A DNA stretch of 64,000 nucleotides from the NCBI RefSeq assembly GCF_009914755.1, contig NC_060927.1, one strand, 5' to 3'. The stretch comes from the human T2T-CHM13v2.0 reference genome, Homo sapiens. A program made the translations under genes and the position numbers. Numbering within the stretch: the first letter of the stretch is position 1; every line of letters begins with the position of its first letter. This document shows positions 27,275 to 42,792 of this stretch, one piece after another. The notes below the pieces were generated by a model. The model was given only the letters and a program-made list of their open reading frames with translations. It was not told where the DNA came from and made no database searches.

Positions 27275-27480
27275 TGACTGATACTAGCTGCCAGACAGGC
27301 ATTATGTTGTTTTTAATCTTCATGACAATTCTGTGGGGTTTTATGGCCTCCCTTTTACAGATGGGGAAACTGAGGTTCAGAGAAGTTAAATCTTTTTCTC
27401 AGGGTAAACACAATTAGAGCATGGGGAGCAGGGACTCCACCCTAGCCTGTCTCCTCCAATGATCAGACTCTTTCCAGACA
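27275..27480 (-). mobile_element. MIR SINE
   Basis: TTTTACAGATGGGGAAACTGAGGTTCAGAGAAGTTAA. Confidence 0.9.
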
Positions 27481-27776
27481 CCACAACTCCTCTCTTAAGA
27501 CCCCAGGGTCACTCTCCTTGGGGTCAGAGGCAGCCACACTCCATGTTTCTATTGCCTGCATCCACGTCACAGATCAGAGTTTGAGAAGGGTCAGAGTCAG
27601 CCAGGTCAGTTCTCTCCATGCCCATACTTTGCTTTAAAGGCTTTTCACTCGATTTGGGTTGTTAATTCTCAAAGTATGTCCGTCAACGTGCAAAAGTTAC
27701 TGTGCATATTCTTTTCCCACTGTTTTCTTGTTTTTCTGTTGTTTGTTACCTAAGGTAGCTCCTGCCAGTCTCTGTG

Positions 27777-28181
27777 TGTACTAGGCAATTCGTGCATTGC
27801 TATAAAGAAATACCTGAGACTGGGTAATTTATAAAGAAAAGAGGTTTAATTGATTCACAGTTCTGCAGGCTGTCCAGGAAGCATGGCAGCATCTGCTTCT
27901 GAGGAGGCTGAGGAGGCTTTTACTCATGGCAGAAGGCAAAGCAAGAGCAGGCACGTCACATGGTGAGAGCAGGAGCAAGAGAGAGAGAGTGCTAGGGGAG
28001 AGGTCCCACATACTTTTAAACAACCACATCTCACAAGAGCTCACCACTATCGTAAAGACTACACCAAGCCATGAGAGATCCGCCCCCGTGACCCAAACAC
28101 CTCCCACTAGCCCCACCTCCAGCACTGGGGATTATAATTCAACATGAGATTTGGGTGGAGACAAATATCCAAACTACATCA
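27777..28181 (-). mobile_element. MSTA MaLR solo LTR
   Basis: GCATTGCTATAAAGAAATACCTGAGACTGGGTAATTTATAAAGAAAAGAGG; perfect 5-bp TSD CTGTG at 27772-27776 and 28182-28186. Confidence 0.95.
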
Positions 28182-28364
28182 CTGTGGAAACACCAGCAAG
28201 TTGTCTGAGTGGTCTCTAGGAAACCCAAACCCCAACCAGTGGATGATAAATAGCCCCTCGTTTGTGAAGTGCTAACACCTTGGTGACACAGCCCTTCACG
28301 TCCCCTCCACTCACGTGATCTGGGAGGAGCTGCTCCAACCACACAGCCCCTGCCTTGGGCTAGT

Positions 28365-29030
<666 letters not shown>

Positions 29031-30962
29031 GCACAGCAGGAGCCTCCATGGTGGTGCCATACAGGCTACCAGGAATGCAGGACAAAGCTCTTGCCCTCTT
29101 CCCTTCCTCCTCCTTGTTGGTTTAAATTTGGAAGATGCTACAGCAAGGGCTGTAGGCTGCCTTGTCTGCCTGCCTGCACACTTTCTCAGGGATCTCAGAC
29201 CAGGGAAGAAACCATTAGGGGACCCTGTCCAGATTGGTGGAGTCTGAGGAGATAAAGATGGGGTACGTGGACTGGTAATCACTCAAAGGCAAACCTTCCA
29301 GAGAGCAGAAGAGGACTGACCCAGAGATCCCTTGATGAACCTAGCACATCTGCTAAGTGACCACTTGACAAGCTGAAAGACTGCAGTGAAAGCCTGCAAC
29401 AATTGTAAGATTTCCAAACTTTTCCCAGGAGTTGTCCGCTAGAAGCAAAGATGACTGCAAAACAGAATCAAGCATGGCTCCTCTTATAAACACAGGATGG
29501 GGTTGGGGCACAGGAAGAAGGAATTATTTGCAGCCTGTGGGAGGGGTGAAGGGTGCTGTGCCCCATTCCTTTACTATCCAGCAAGGAAATGACTGCCTCC
29601 TTTTCCTCCCATCGACAATCCTCCTCCTTCCTTCTGTTTCTGTTTGTCTGGATTCCCTCCGCTTATCCCTGCGGGCTTCTTATCCCCATCTGGTCTCTCT
29701 CTCCTCCTTCTCCCCACTCCCCAGCCTCCTCTTTTTGTGTCTCCCGGGGCCACTGGGTCCCGAAGGTGCCACATCATTATCTCCTGTCTTACTGCTCTCC
29801 CTTCATTCTCTCTCACTCTCCCCCGCCTTTCCCTGGGCTCCCAAAGGCTCCTTCCTCATCCCTTTTTAGAGACTTGTGTGTGCCTCTGTGAAGGGTTTGG
29901 AGTTCCCGCAATAGGAGATGCATACATAATTAGTGGGAGGGAACGAGGCATATGTGTCCCAGTGGCATGTTGCCTGTGTAGGTTGCAAATGGAGGCCTGG
30001 CAGCCTCGTCCAGTGCCAAGAACTGCTCTGAGCATCAGTCACCAGCAGCCTTCCATTCAACCACCTCCTTTTAGCCACGATCAACATTTCAAAAGGGAAC
30101 GCACAAGGCCTACAGTAGGTTCCTATAATTCACCCAAGGGTTGAGCCTGCCGCTGGGAGACAAGCTGCATTCTTCTCTCTGAGTGAGCTATTTTTAAGAA
30201 TGCTCCCCCTTCGTTTCCAGTTCCCATTTCAGCCCAAGCACTGAATTAGATTCTTTCTTCATTTTGTAGGCCCCCGCCTCTGTTATTATATAAAACCATT
30301 TCAGCCCTTAAGGAGTTGGCATCTGACATCCACAGCTTCTGAATCCCCAGAACAGAGAAGAGAAGGAATAAACAGAAGGGAGGGAAAGAAATGTTCTGTT
30401 TCCGCTTCAGCAACATGAATTGTCAGACAGTTAAATAGCAACAAAGTATTTGGTGTTAATCTTTAATATTCCCAGGAACTTATCACCTCCTCGTTCAATC
30501 CCAGAGCTGCCATTCTCCAAGTGATTCTGGCGCCTCTCACAAGATATCACACCTTCTATTATGCTCTTAAAAAAGTATCCACCAGAGGGGAGTTCTTAGT
30601 GATTAGACCGAAAAAAAAAAATGTGAAGCTGCTCCTTGCTATTTGCAAGGAAATGACTGAAAAGGGGTGAGCCATGGATTCCTTCTCCATCAGTCTTGCC
30701 TGTGTTAAGCAGACCCTGCCTGAGCTCAACTTCTGATGTGATCTTTCCCTTCCTCAGGCTCCAGAGTCAAGGGTGGTATTTGACAAATACCAGGGGAAGA
30801 AGGCAGCCCGAGAAAGTGGAAATGGAGAGGGGTTGGGGGCAGTCACCATAGCTGACTGTGCCTCCACTGACAGCAGCTCGTTCCCACCCTAGATAAGGTA
30901 AGCCAGGTGGCTTATCTTGTCATGCAAATGACAGGATGCTTCCTTAATATACACCGTGCATA

Positions 30963-31400
30963 TGTCATCTTAATGTGGGTTCCCCCATAGGCAGATCCTG
31001 AAGCCAAGATTTCAGTGGAGGTAGTTTATTTGAGGAGTTCCTAGGACCACCTGTAGAAGAGTCAGAAGTGAGACAGGAGGGAAGGAGCCAATAAGGGTTT
31101 GTTGTCAAGCAACACTGTGGGCAACTGGAACTTAATCCCCCTGGCCAACTCTGGGAGTCAGTACAGAACACACCTCAGAGTTATTACACAAGAAGGGCGA
31201 AGGAGCTGGAATATTTGTCTACCAACTCCTGCTAACCCTTGGTGGAGGACTACTGGGAGGAGGGCATGAACTCTCTGGCTGTTTGGGCTTGTGCACACTG
31301 TCTGCAGAGAATACTTCCAGCAAACAGATGCAAGCACTGGCTGTTGAAAGCAATGGTAAGCTAGAGGGGATATGAACATGGCACATACAGCAAACATCAA
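30963..31400 (-). mobile_element. LTR33 ERVL LTR
   Basis: GGGTTCCCC...GCAGATCCTG...TAGTTTATTTG...CTGTGGGCAACTGGAACTTAATCCC...CCTCAGAGTTATT. Confidence 0.85.
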
Positions 31401-31844
31401 TGACCTATATCATCTGTGTTTGGGGGTTACAGCTACAAAATAAAGAGCAGGAATCTAAATTTAGCATATAAACACTGCCCTCGCTAAACCAAACTCTTAT
31501 CCCTGAGTATCTCCTGAGTTTCCAGGTATCAAGCCACATAAGGTCTAGAAGTCTTCGTTCACCCTAACGCCATAGTGGTCAGGGACTTTATAGAGGAAGG
31601 GTTTCTCCTGTTTGTAGAAAGAAGTGCCTGGATCAAAGTTCCTGTCCGCCCCACAGATTGCAGGACTTCATAAGGCTGACCATTCCTTTCTCCCTTCTTC
31701 TGGAAGCTGTGGGTTTAGAGTGTGCCCAAGCAAAGCAAGGCAGGAAAGAGGAAGAAGATGAGTTACTCCCTCCCTGCCTGTTCACCTCTGCCATCAGTCT
31801 CTTCCCAAAACATGGATTTTTGTAGAAACTCTGATTGTTTTATA

Positions 31845-32360
31845 ATGTGTCCACTGACACTCTCCCCCTCCTGGCTCCATGAGGACCAGGACTGGGTCTT
31901 TTCCAGAATTGGACCATCAGGTGGTAGATACTCAGTAAGCTTTTCTTAAATGAATGAATGTCATCATTGCCCAACTTAGAACCTCCTTTGGCTCCCCATT
32001 ACCTATAGGATCAAGTCCAAATCCCTAGATATGACATTCAAGGCTTTTTCCAATTTTCTACCCATTATTTCCCACACAAGTCTCATGCCCTGCCATTCCT
32101 CTACATGGGGCTAATGACCATTTGTCCAAAATGTCACTGTTTTCCATTCCTTTAAGCATTGCATGTGCTATTAGGTTGATGCAAAAGTAATTGCGGTTTT
32201 TGCCATTACTTTCAAATTGCAAAAACGGCAATTACTTTTGCACTAACCTAATATTTCCTCTGCCCGGAATACTCTTCTCCCTTTCTTTTGTCTGAAATGC
32301 CTATGTACTCTTGAAGATCCACCTCAATTATACCCTCCTCTGTGAAGTCACTGCCCCCAC
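31845..32360 (+). mobile_element. L2 fragments (tail followed by upstream 3' segment)
   Basis: GCTCCATGAGGACCAGGAC...AAATGAATGAATG; TGGCTCCCCATTACCTATAGGATCAAGTCCAAA. Confidence 0.7.
32171..32251. mobile_element. MADE1 (Hsmar1-derived MITE)
   Basis: TTAGGTTGATGCAAAAGTAATTGCGG...GCAATTACTTTTGCACTAACCTAA palindrome with TA target-site duplication. Confidence 0.97.
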
Positions 32361-32654
32361 ACCAACTCTTCCAAGAGGCTTACAATGATCAACAGGCAGA
32401 CCTAGTATGTGTTTGGGGCACTAGCAAACACAGACAACTAGCAACACTTTTTTAAAACGTTTGATATTAAGGCAACTAAGCAGCCAATATGGAGAATACT
32501 GAGAACCAGTTTGGCCTTCCTTATATATTTTACAGTTTAGAGTATTTTTATTTTGTTTCAACTTATCAAGCTTAGAGAAAAAGGTATCATAAACCTTTTG
32601 GAGCTTAGAGCCTCTAGATTTTATTATTGCTCTACTTCCAGGTACTAGAATCAT

Positions 32655-32820
32655 TTATTAATTCATTCATTCACTCGTTCAGCACATCATTACACCAGGC
32701 ATCATGCAAGGCCCAGGGCCTGGGAGATGCAGACATGCATATGCCCCAGGCCCTGCCCTTGAGGCCACACATTCTGGAGGAAGTGATCAGCACATTATAG
32801 ATCATTAAGACACTGTGTGG
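32655..32820 (-). mobile_element. L2 3' tail
   Basis: TTCATTCATTCACTCG...CCAGGCATCATGC...GCCCTGCCCTTGAGG. Confidence 0.7.
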
Positions 32821-33010
32821 TTTCTGACTGTTTAAGAAGCCTGCTCTAGCAAAATAAATAATGATAGTAAAGGATTATAGCCAAGTGTCCACACTGATAT
32901 AAATAAATAATTTAATAAATCAATAAATAACAGAGAAGGAACAGCTCTTCCTTACAGAATTCTAATTAATAGGTGTACGAGGAATAATAGAAATAGAAAA
33001 TCACCATTTG

Positions 33011-33344
<334 letters not shown>

Positions 33345-33596
33345 CTAAGGGTTGTAGGCAATAATGTGAAGCTAATGCTAAAATTAGCAGACAGATGCAT
33401 GCTGAGAACAGGATATTTACATAATCTTAAACTATCTCCCCACAAGATACCTATTAATTAGAAAGGGAACAATAGTAACTTTATAGTGGGGAGACCTGAC
33501 AGACACCACCAAGCCATCAAAGTTAAGATCACCGACGATAAAACATGCTGACATTACACCTTTCAAACCCACATTAAGAGACATTCTACAAAATGA

Positions 33597-33898
<302 letters not shown>

Positions 33899-34584
33899 TG
33901 GCTAACATTTTTCAAAAGCACCATGGTGACAAAAGGCAAAGAAAGACTGAGGAAATTTCCCAGATTAAAGGAGACTAAGGAGACACAACAACTAAATGTA
34001 ATGCAGGATCCTGAATTGAATCCTGGACCAGAAAAAAGAGCATTAGTGGGGCAATTGGCAAAATATGAATAAAGTCTGTAGATTGGCTAATAGGGTGACA
34101 TCAACATTAATTTATTGGTTTTTATCCTTGTACCATCATTATACAAGATGTTAACATTAAGAGAAGTTGAGTGAACAGCACACAAGAGCTCTGTATGGCT
34201 TCAGCAACTTCTTTGGAAATCTGAAATTATTTCAAAATAATAAGTAAAAAAATATGGGGGGGAAAATGCCTGCACTGTTTCCTCACCTTAATTATCAAAG
34301 CACCTGGGGGACTGTTTTGGAAAGTTTGTTTCATTTCTTTCTGTCCCTTCCAGGCTGTAAGCCTCTCCACGGACAGGCTAGTTCACTTTGGGATCCCTGT
34401 GGTGCTGATGTACAGGAATTTTCATATAATTTGCTCCTCCAACACCCACCCCTTGCAATATGAGGACCATTGCTTAGAAGTGGAAAGGGAGCCTATGGAG
34501 AAAATTCTGGACTTAGAGAATAGTGCTGCTTGAATATCACCATATGTTTTATAAAAAGAAAGGGCAGTACAGAGATAGCATGAT

Positions 34585-35062
34585 AGGTAGATCATTTGCA
34601 AAACTGGGCACAATTCCCCCACCCTTTCCTAATCCATGTCCCTTTGCAATGTACCTTTCCAGATCCCTCTATCCCTTCCCCTGGCATCTGTGTTGGACTT
34701 GTACACACTTTGACCAACAGGCAGAAGAGGTGATACTGAACCAGTTTTGAGCCTGCTCATTCTCTTTGAACCGTATCCACCCACCTAGTGCAAAAACCTG
34801 GGCTAGCTGCTAGAAGATAAGAGGTCACATGATGCAAAGACAAGCCAACAGCCAGCCAACCATTTGAAAGAAATGATATTTTATGAATGAGCTTGCTAAC
34901 TGACCACAGGCTCATGAGTGAGTCCAAACAAGACCAGAAGAACCACTTGGCTGAGCCCAGCCCAAATTGCTGACTCACAACATCACACGCTAAATAATTG
35001 GTTGATGTTTTAAACCACAAAGTTTTGGCATTGTCTGTTACACAGCAATGGATGACTGACAT
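34585..35062 (+). mobile_element. MLT1H MaLR LTR
   Basis: TTGCAAAACTGGGCACAATT...GCTGAGCCCAGCCCAAATTGCTGAC...GTTACACAGCAATGGATGACTGACA. Confidence 0.85.
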
Positions 35063-37304
35063 AGTAGCAAGACTCTTATAGCTCTATATCCTATATCTCC
35101 TATAGTTCTAAGCTCAGAAACTAATGCTAATTACCCTCTTTTTGCCTCAAATAGACAAATGCAAAGACATAGATCCTTGTTTTTAAAAAAGGAAAGCTAC
35201 AACCAAAATAATCCCAGAGCAGTCTCTCCTCCTGAAAGAGAGAATTTGGACCACTCCTCCCCAAAAGAAAGGAAACCCATGCAAAGGGGTCACACTTGAT
35301 AAGGAAGCAAAACACGGGCAAGGCCAGCTGGGCAACTCCTCAGTAAAAAGATATTTAATATCAGGGGTCTCTGGGGGTAATGGAGGCAGAATGGAAGGGT
35401 AGTGGGAGGAAGTGACTGAATAATCTCCCTGCATAAATCTTGTCTACACCTTCTCCCTGAGGGATGGCCAGCAATCTCCTGAGGCTCGAGTTGCAGGGCA
35501 GAAGCTGTCCTAGGCTGCAGGAAGCCCAGAGGAATTAAGCAGGCTGGGCTGAGGTCAGCACACAGAAGTACATCCCAAAGGACTGCCAGAGAGAGAAAGA
35601 CAGGAGGGGGACATGAGTGACCGAGGACTAGAAGGGTGAGACAGGAGGGTATGTGAGGGCTACAGGGGACACCAGCCATAGGATCCCTTGAGCTTGAGCT
35701 GGAGGCCTCCCAGAGGCTAGGAACAGGATGGGCAAAACTCCCAGGAGATGAGATTACTAGCTAAAATTCCAGGTAAGCCCCCAGCAAGAGTTGCCTTATT
35801 TGATTCTTCAGGGCTTCACAGTCCATTCCCATGTGCTTAGGGCCCTCATGGCAGAGCTCAAAGACAAAGCTCAAGGAGCTAGGTTAGCACAGTACAGAGA
35901 GGGATTTAGATCTCTGAATGGTGTTGAGTGTCTGTCGTCATAGAATTGGTGGCTATTGCATGCTTTATCTGTTTCCACAAAAGACAGGCTCAGTCATTGC
36001 TTTAAGGTACATGCCCAACACCCACTTGGATGCTATGAGAGACAAGCTCAATATTTATTCTGTTCTGTCTCCTTGGTAAGGATTCAGCACTGGTCACTGA
36101 CTGGAATATCCTGTCTTTACTTGCCTCGTGACATAGGTACACTCCGTAAAGTGATAGCTTGTCGTATTCTCACAAAGTACCTTCTTGCCCTGGTCACAAA
36201 GGAAATGGCCTCTTGTGCCCCTTCCCCAGCTCTGACCCCCCAGCATGAGGACTCTGCTTTTTCCAGGAATTGGCTATCATCTGGCCACTGAGCTGAGAAA
36301 CACACAACACAGCTACACAGATCGCAAGAAAACAATACTCATTAAATATCAGACTGTTCCAATACTTGAACTAAGGAGTCACTTATGGTATGTTCTGCAC
36401 TGGGAGGAAGAAGCAGGAATAAAGGGAATGAGTTAGGAACAAAATAGTCCAAAGAACTATCGTAGTCAAGATTTCCTATTAGGTGGGCAGTCAACAGACC
36501 ACACAGGGAGAGGCATTCATTGACACAGGTCATCTCAGTAGACAGGAATCACCCAACCACATCCCTCACCTGGGACTCCCTCCTGCCCCATCTCAGCCCT
36601 CCTTGGTGCCACCAGCCAAGCTCCCCAGAGTGCTGCATGCTGCACTTGGCTGGAAGCTAAACTTGGGTTTATTCCAGCTCTGCTCAGCTCTTTCTCTGTT
36701 TTTCCCCCTCAAGATGTAAGACAGCTATTAAAATAAACAGCAGGGCTCTCAGCCATACATGCTGTTTGTTAATTCTTATGATTAACCCTGAAGGGGCCAA
36801 TAAAGAATAACCTCATACTTAATTATTTAATGATGGTCTCCCCTCCCAAGCCTGAGCTGTCCTGCTCCTTGAGCCCACTCTGAAGGGTTTAATGTGAGCT
36901 GGAAAGCCAAGAGCCACAGTCCCTGGGAGATCCATCTGCCTTCAGGGGCTTGCCAATGGACAGGTGGGCATAGGGGTGCCAAGGTTGATACCTGACAGAA
37001 GGTGAGGATTTTCTGGGGTGAATCAAATTTGTGCCAAGCATCATCATCACTTGGAATAAGGCCCTTCTTTATATGGTCCAGGCTTCATGTGTCCGTGGAA
37101 CAAGCTGTCACCTGCACCTCCCCACATGAGGTCATGTCCTGGCTTTGATCAGAAATACCCGTGCAGTATGCCCAAACCTGAAAATTGCTTGCTTGCTTCT
37201 ACAGAGATGGAGCAGACTTTTCCCAAGGAGCTAGAGCTTCTTCAAAGCCACTACTTATAATGCAAATCCCCCCAGAGAAGCTTAGAAGCATCACCTAGTA
37301 ATTT

Positions 37305-37745
37305 GGTCAGACAAGGGTCCCCAAAAAGGAGACCTTGAGACAAGGATTCAAATGCAAGTCATTTATATTGGAATAAAGAAGAGTGAGGAAGTTAGACAAG
37401 AAAGGGGGAGCAGTCAATAAAGGGTACATTGTTGACCATTTACTACTATGGGTCACTAGAGTTTAACCCCTCAAGAAAATGAGAAACCATGTAAAACATA
37501 GGCTTCATATTATTCTCAAATTAGCTAAGGTATTTTTTTTTTACCAATTCCCACAGTCTTTGGTTGAGGGTGAGCAGGGGGACGGGGGAAGAAAGGAGAC
37601 GTGTTAATTCCCTGGTATATCCAACCTCTCACTTGGATGGCTTGAATGGGCTTCAGTGGCCAGAGGAAGCCTTCGGGAAAAGCAATGCAGGCTGTGGCAG
37701 CTAGAAGTCAGGCTAGCATGCTCTGGAGTGGTGAGGGCCAGGGGT
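37305..37745 (-). mobile_element. LTR33A/B-like ERVL LTR
   Basis: GAGACCTTGAGACAAGGATTCAAATGCAAG...CAGTCAATAAAGGGTAC. Confidence 0.75.
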
Positions 37746-37897
37746 ACTATGGAAAAAGAATAAATAGCAAATAGACCTCTTAGGAATTAAAAACCTGATA
37801 GCCAAAATTTTAAATTCAGTAAAAGGGTTGGAAGAAATTAAAACAAAAAGGCCAGGAAATAGATAATAGAAGAGCAAGGATTTAAAAAAAAATTAAG

Positions 37898-38703
37898 CAG
37901 TTTGTGGTGCTATGTAAACTTTTTTTTACCATGACCCATAGCAATAAATGTATCTCCTATTGCATTGCAACCCACTACACATAAATACTCACACACAATT
38001 CTGATACTTGTTATATGATATGCTGTATTCATCAGTTTTCACTAGAAAAACAGAACCAATAGGATATATGTAGATATATGAGGGGATTTATTGTCAGAAA
38101 TGGCTCACCCAACTATGGAGGCTGAGAAGTTCCATTATATCCCATGTACAAGTTGGAGAACCTAGAAAGCTGGTGGTGTAATTCAGTCCAAGTCCAAAGA
38201 CCTGAGAACAGAGGGAGCTAATGGTGTAACTTCCAGTGCAAAGCCAAAGATCTGACAACTGGAGGGGTAGCTGGGAGTGGGGGAAGAACACTGGTGTAAG
38301 TCCTGGAGTCCAAGGCCTGAGAACCAGAAGCTCTGATGTCTGAGGGAAGGAAAAGATGGATGTACCAGCTTAAGAAGAGTGAAAATTTTCCCTTCGTTCA
38401 CCTTTGTGTTCTATCAGGGCCCTCAATAGATTGGATGATGCTTGCCCATACTGGTGAGGACAGACTGAGTCAAAGGTTAATCTCTTCCAGAAACACCCTC
38501 ACAGACATACCCAGAAATAACATTTTACTATCTGGACATCCTTTAGCTCACTCAAGTTGACACGCAAAATGAACCATCACAAATACAGAAAATACAATTT
38601 TCTATTTTATTCTATTTCACTTTTTAAAAGTGCTCATTACAACCGACTAAACTGATGTTTTGACTTTCAAATGAGGCACAACTTGACATGTGAAAAACTC
38701 TGG
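37898..38703. mobile_element. Charlie4/MER80-like hAT element split by MLT2
   Basis: AAACTTTTTTT...GACCCATAG and TTTCTATTTTATTCTATTTC...GAAAAACTCTG ends. Confidence 0.55.
38024..38581 (-). mobile_element. MLT2B ERVL LTR
   Basis: ACAGAACCAATAGGATATATG...TGGAGGCTGAGAAG...CAAGTTGACACGCAAAATGAACCATCACA. Confidence 0.9.
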
Positions 38704-38937
38704 TCTAAAAGATGCAACATCTAACTATTTGGAGCCTCAAGAGAAAAAAAGAGAGGGAAAGAAATTAGCAAAAAAAAAAAAAAAAAAATTTCTAAAAATT
38801 AGAGGACTCTTGTCTCCTACTGAAAGATTCCACTGTGGACCTCAGAGAATGAATTGGAAAAGATTCACATTAAGGCACTTTATCATCAAATATCAGGATA
38901 TCAGTGATAAAGAGAGCCTTAAAAAATTTCAGAAAGA

Positions 38938-39252
<315 letters not shown>

Positions 39253-41174
39253 TTAATTCCAGGAAGAACAACAACAAAAAAGTCATATACAAAGAATACA
39301 AAGATGCAAAGAATTACATCAGACATCTCAATAGCAATTATGAATGCTAGAAAGCAATGGAGCTATATCTCAATTCTGAGGCAAAATTAATTTCAAACTG
39401 ACATTCTAAATCTAGACAAACTCTCAATTGAGTATGAGGACAGACTAAAGAGAGTTCACATACAATGACTCAAAAAATTTACCCCTTATGCATCCTTTTT
39501 TAGGAAGCTACTGGTGGATATGTTTTAGCAAAATAAAAACATCAACTTAGAAACAGAGGAGCCAGTGATAGAAAATGTCAGTACCAGTCCTAGAAAGAAA
39601 CCAGAGAAGAGGAGGACAGGAAGAGGCCAACATCAATATGAAGGTCTCTGTGCAGGGAGCTGATCAATTATTTGATATAGTTGAGAGAAATATTAATTTA
39701 AAATGGACAGATATATAGAAGTACTGCGCATGGGTTGGGGACGGAGAAAACGCCTTGGAAACATTGAAAACTTAGCAAAGGAAAAAAATGAAACACTTTC
39801 TCAAGAATAGGACATAATTATACTACACTACTTGATTCAGTAATAAGCAATATTTTCACAGTCTTAGAAATATAACCACAGATTTGATTAACCAAAAGTT
39901 GTGATGTAACTATATTGAGATTGATGGGGAAGCACAGCATAAGTGGTGTTAGGATGCTATTTTAAGAAAGGTTAATAAATTGCATACAAATTGACACATT
40001 AAGAAATAGCATAAAATAACAATAAATATGCATATGAAAAAGAAAAGCCACAGAAAAGCAGAAAATATGTTTGCTGAATGTACATCTTTTATTATGTAAA
40101 ACTCTTGTTATTAGGAAATCAATCTGTTTCTACCCTCCTCCTCCACACCCAGGTAAACATTGAATAGATTCTTAAGACTACTCATCTAAAGGACTGATAA
40201 GACTCACTGATTATCACGTTCTGCTTTGGCCAGTAAAGGCTAGTTCTGCCCAAAAAGAGATGGCTGGACTGTAAATAATGATTATAAAGAATTACGGTTT
40301 ATTTTTGCAGGGAAACTAGACTTTTGTCCATTCCTCAAATTGCTGTCCCTAACCATCTCATCCCTGGTGCTCCTTGGACTGCCCTCACCTCCTTAGATGT
40401 TCCGTGGCAGTCCTGGACCCAGAGGGTTCTTGGGGAGCACCTCCACCATTGGGAGCATATCTCCAAAACCAGAGAGACACTGACGCTTTTTTCAAAACTG
40501 ACTAAAGGAAAAAAATCTCCCTTAAAGTTATTTAAAAGACAAACATGATATTCTTATCCCTGGGAAAATACAAATAATTTTTACAGGCAGACAGCAGTCT
40601 CTGTTTGAGATGTTATTATGTGATAAGACAAGAGGCTTTCCTGAATGAAATGAGACAAACTCTGTATAAGCAAAGAGGCCCTTAAATTTGCGTCTTTCTT
40701 TCCCCAGGTATTCAGGTTTCCAACAGGACACCAGGGTAACAAAGGAATGCTGAATCAGGCAAGCCCCCAGGGGCATGATTCAGCCTCCCGCAGCTCTGAC
40801 CTGATGAGCAGAGAAGCCCTGGGGTCCATTCCACAGGCTTCCACAAGTTTCTGGACAGAGTTAAGAGTATATGTATTGCTATGAAACATGTCATTCCTCA
40901 GGGTGAGAGCCAGACAAGTTATACCACAGGGTGGACACTCACAGCAGGAAAGTCTGATCAAAAGTAGCTTCGTAGCAACCTGAGTCAACACAGGGCAATG
41001 TGCATTCAGAAAGGCACAAAGCTGAAATGAAATTCCCTCCCTCTCCCCAGTTTGGAAATATTACCTCTATCACCTGGTTTTTCCTTTCCTTTTGCTTGGC
41101 TGAATTTCAGAACTAAAGTAAAATATGCCTGTGCCTCATCCAATTACTACTCTTAATCATGCTGCTGCTACAAC

Positions 41175-41335
41175 GTGTAATAATACTTTGTATGATTATA
41201 TTGCTGTACAAATCCCTCTCATGCACATGAATTCATTTGACCCTTAAAACTACCGAGTGAAGTCGGCAGGGCATTTTATAGAAAAATGAGGCGCAGAAAA
41301 ATGAATGCCTCTCCTGAGAACACCCAGCCAATACC
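41175..41335 (-). mobile_element. MIR (old subfamily) fragment
   Basis: TCATTTGACCCTTAAAAC...CATTTTATAGAAAAATGAGGCGCAGA. Confidence 0.6.
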
Positions 41336-41518
41336 GATTAAATGAGAGGCCATGTTATTTCTCCTCAGCCTTTTCCCACAAAGGGAATGAAGTTCATAAT
41401 AGTAAATGTATATAACAAAATAGTGCAATACACGACAAAAATAGGAAAAAGTAGGAATTACAATAGTATATATGGGCTGGGGGGATAAAATTCCCAAGAA
41501 AGTCCTGCACAATTGCTA

Positions 41519-41869
<351 letters not shown>

Positions 41870-42404
41870 TTAGTAACATAGTTCTAGTTGTAAATGGTGA
41901 GCCCAAGCCAAAATCCAGCATTATAGAAAAAAACTACCATTGAAGAGACGGATCCATTTTCTCATCCCAAGAAGTATTCTATTTAAATCGGCCTCATTAG
42001 GAAATACCTGGGTCCACCAGCTAATAGTTTACACTCGGAAACACACAATCCTGTCACTGGTTTGACACAGGGTCTGGGAAACATTTCAAGCCTCAAAATC
42101 AAGATTTCCCCGAGTCTCAAGAAAATAAGATGCATCTTCCAAATGGAGTAGTGCTGCCTATTACCTCAGCCTGCTAGACAATAAGTTCCAAAGTCTTAGA
42201 GAAGAGTCTAAATCTTACGTTCTCTGGATTACAATGCCGATCGAGAATTCATCCTGAAACTCTAATTGTGTCACTTTGATATCTCAAAGACTCAGGCTCG
42301 CCAACTGCAGATACGAAATTATCTCTCCAACCCGTATTCCTAAAACAAGCCAAAAAGGAAACAGTTGTGTAGTTTTAGATGTATCTGGGAAGATTCTCAC
42401 CGGA

Positions 42405-42792
42405 TATAGTTGGCATCTGCTGTTTATGTCTTTTCAACATCCTTTCTTTTTCTTTGTTAGTAGAACTGTTTTCCTTTTGGTGTCCTGATGGCTCAAAATA
42501 CCCCACCACCCCATCTGCCCAAAACAACTAAGACCATTGAGATTCTTCTGGAAATCATAATTTTGAATGCAGAGACACAGAGCTGAAACATCTGATGGAA
42601 GGACCCCAAACAAGATAGCTCACAAGGTTTTGACTAAGATTCTTATGGCTTCCCTGATTTCCAAATCCTGGTTGGTCAACTTTTTTTTATAATACTATCA
42701 ATTATTCAACATCTTTCCAATAAATTCCTTTTTTAACTAAATTAACAAATGTCAGTTTCTGCTGCTTACTGTGAAAGAATGCTAACAGATAC
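42405..42792 (+). mobile_element. Old ERVL/MaLR LTR (family uncertain)
   Basis: 3' end CCAATAAATTCCTTTTT...GTCAGTTTCTGCTGCTT...AAGAATGCTAACAGATAC typical of old LTRs. Confidence 0.5.

Noticed and set aside
29432-30144. Overlapping 112-166 aa ORFs
   Set aside because: CT-rich tract depleted of stop codons; no protein similarity recognised
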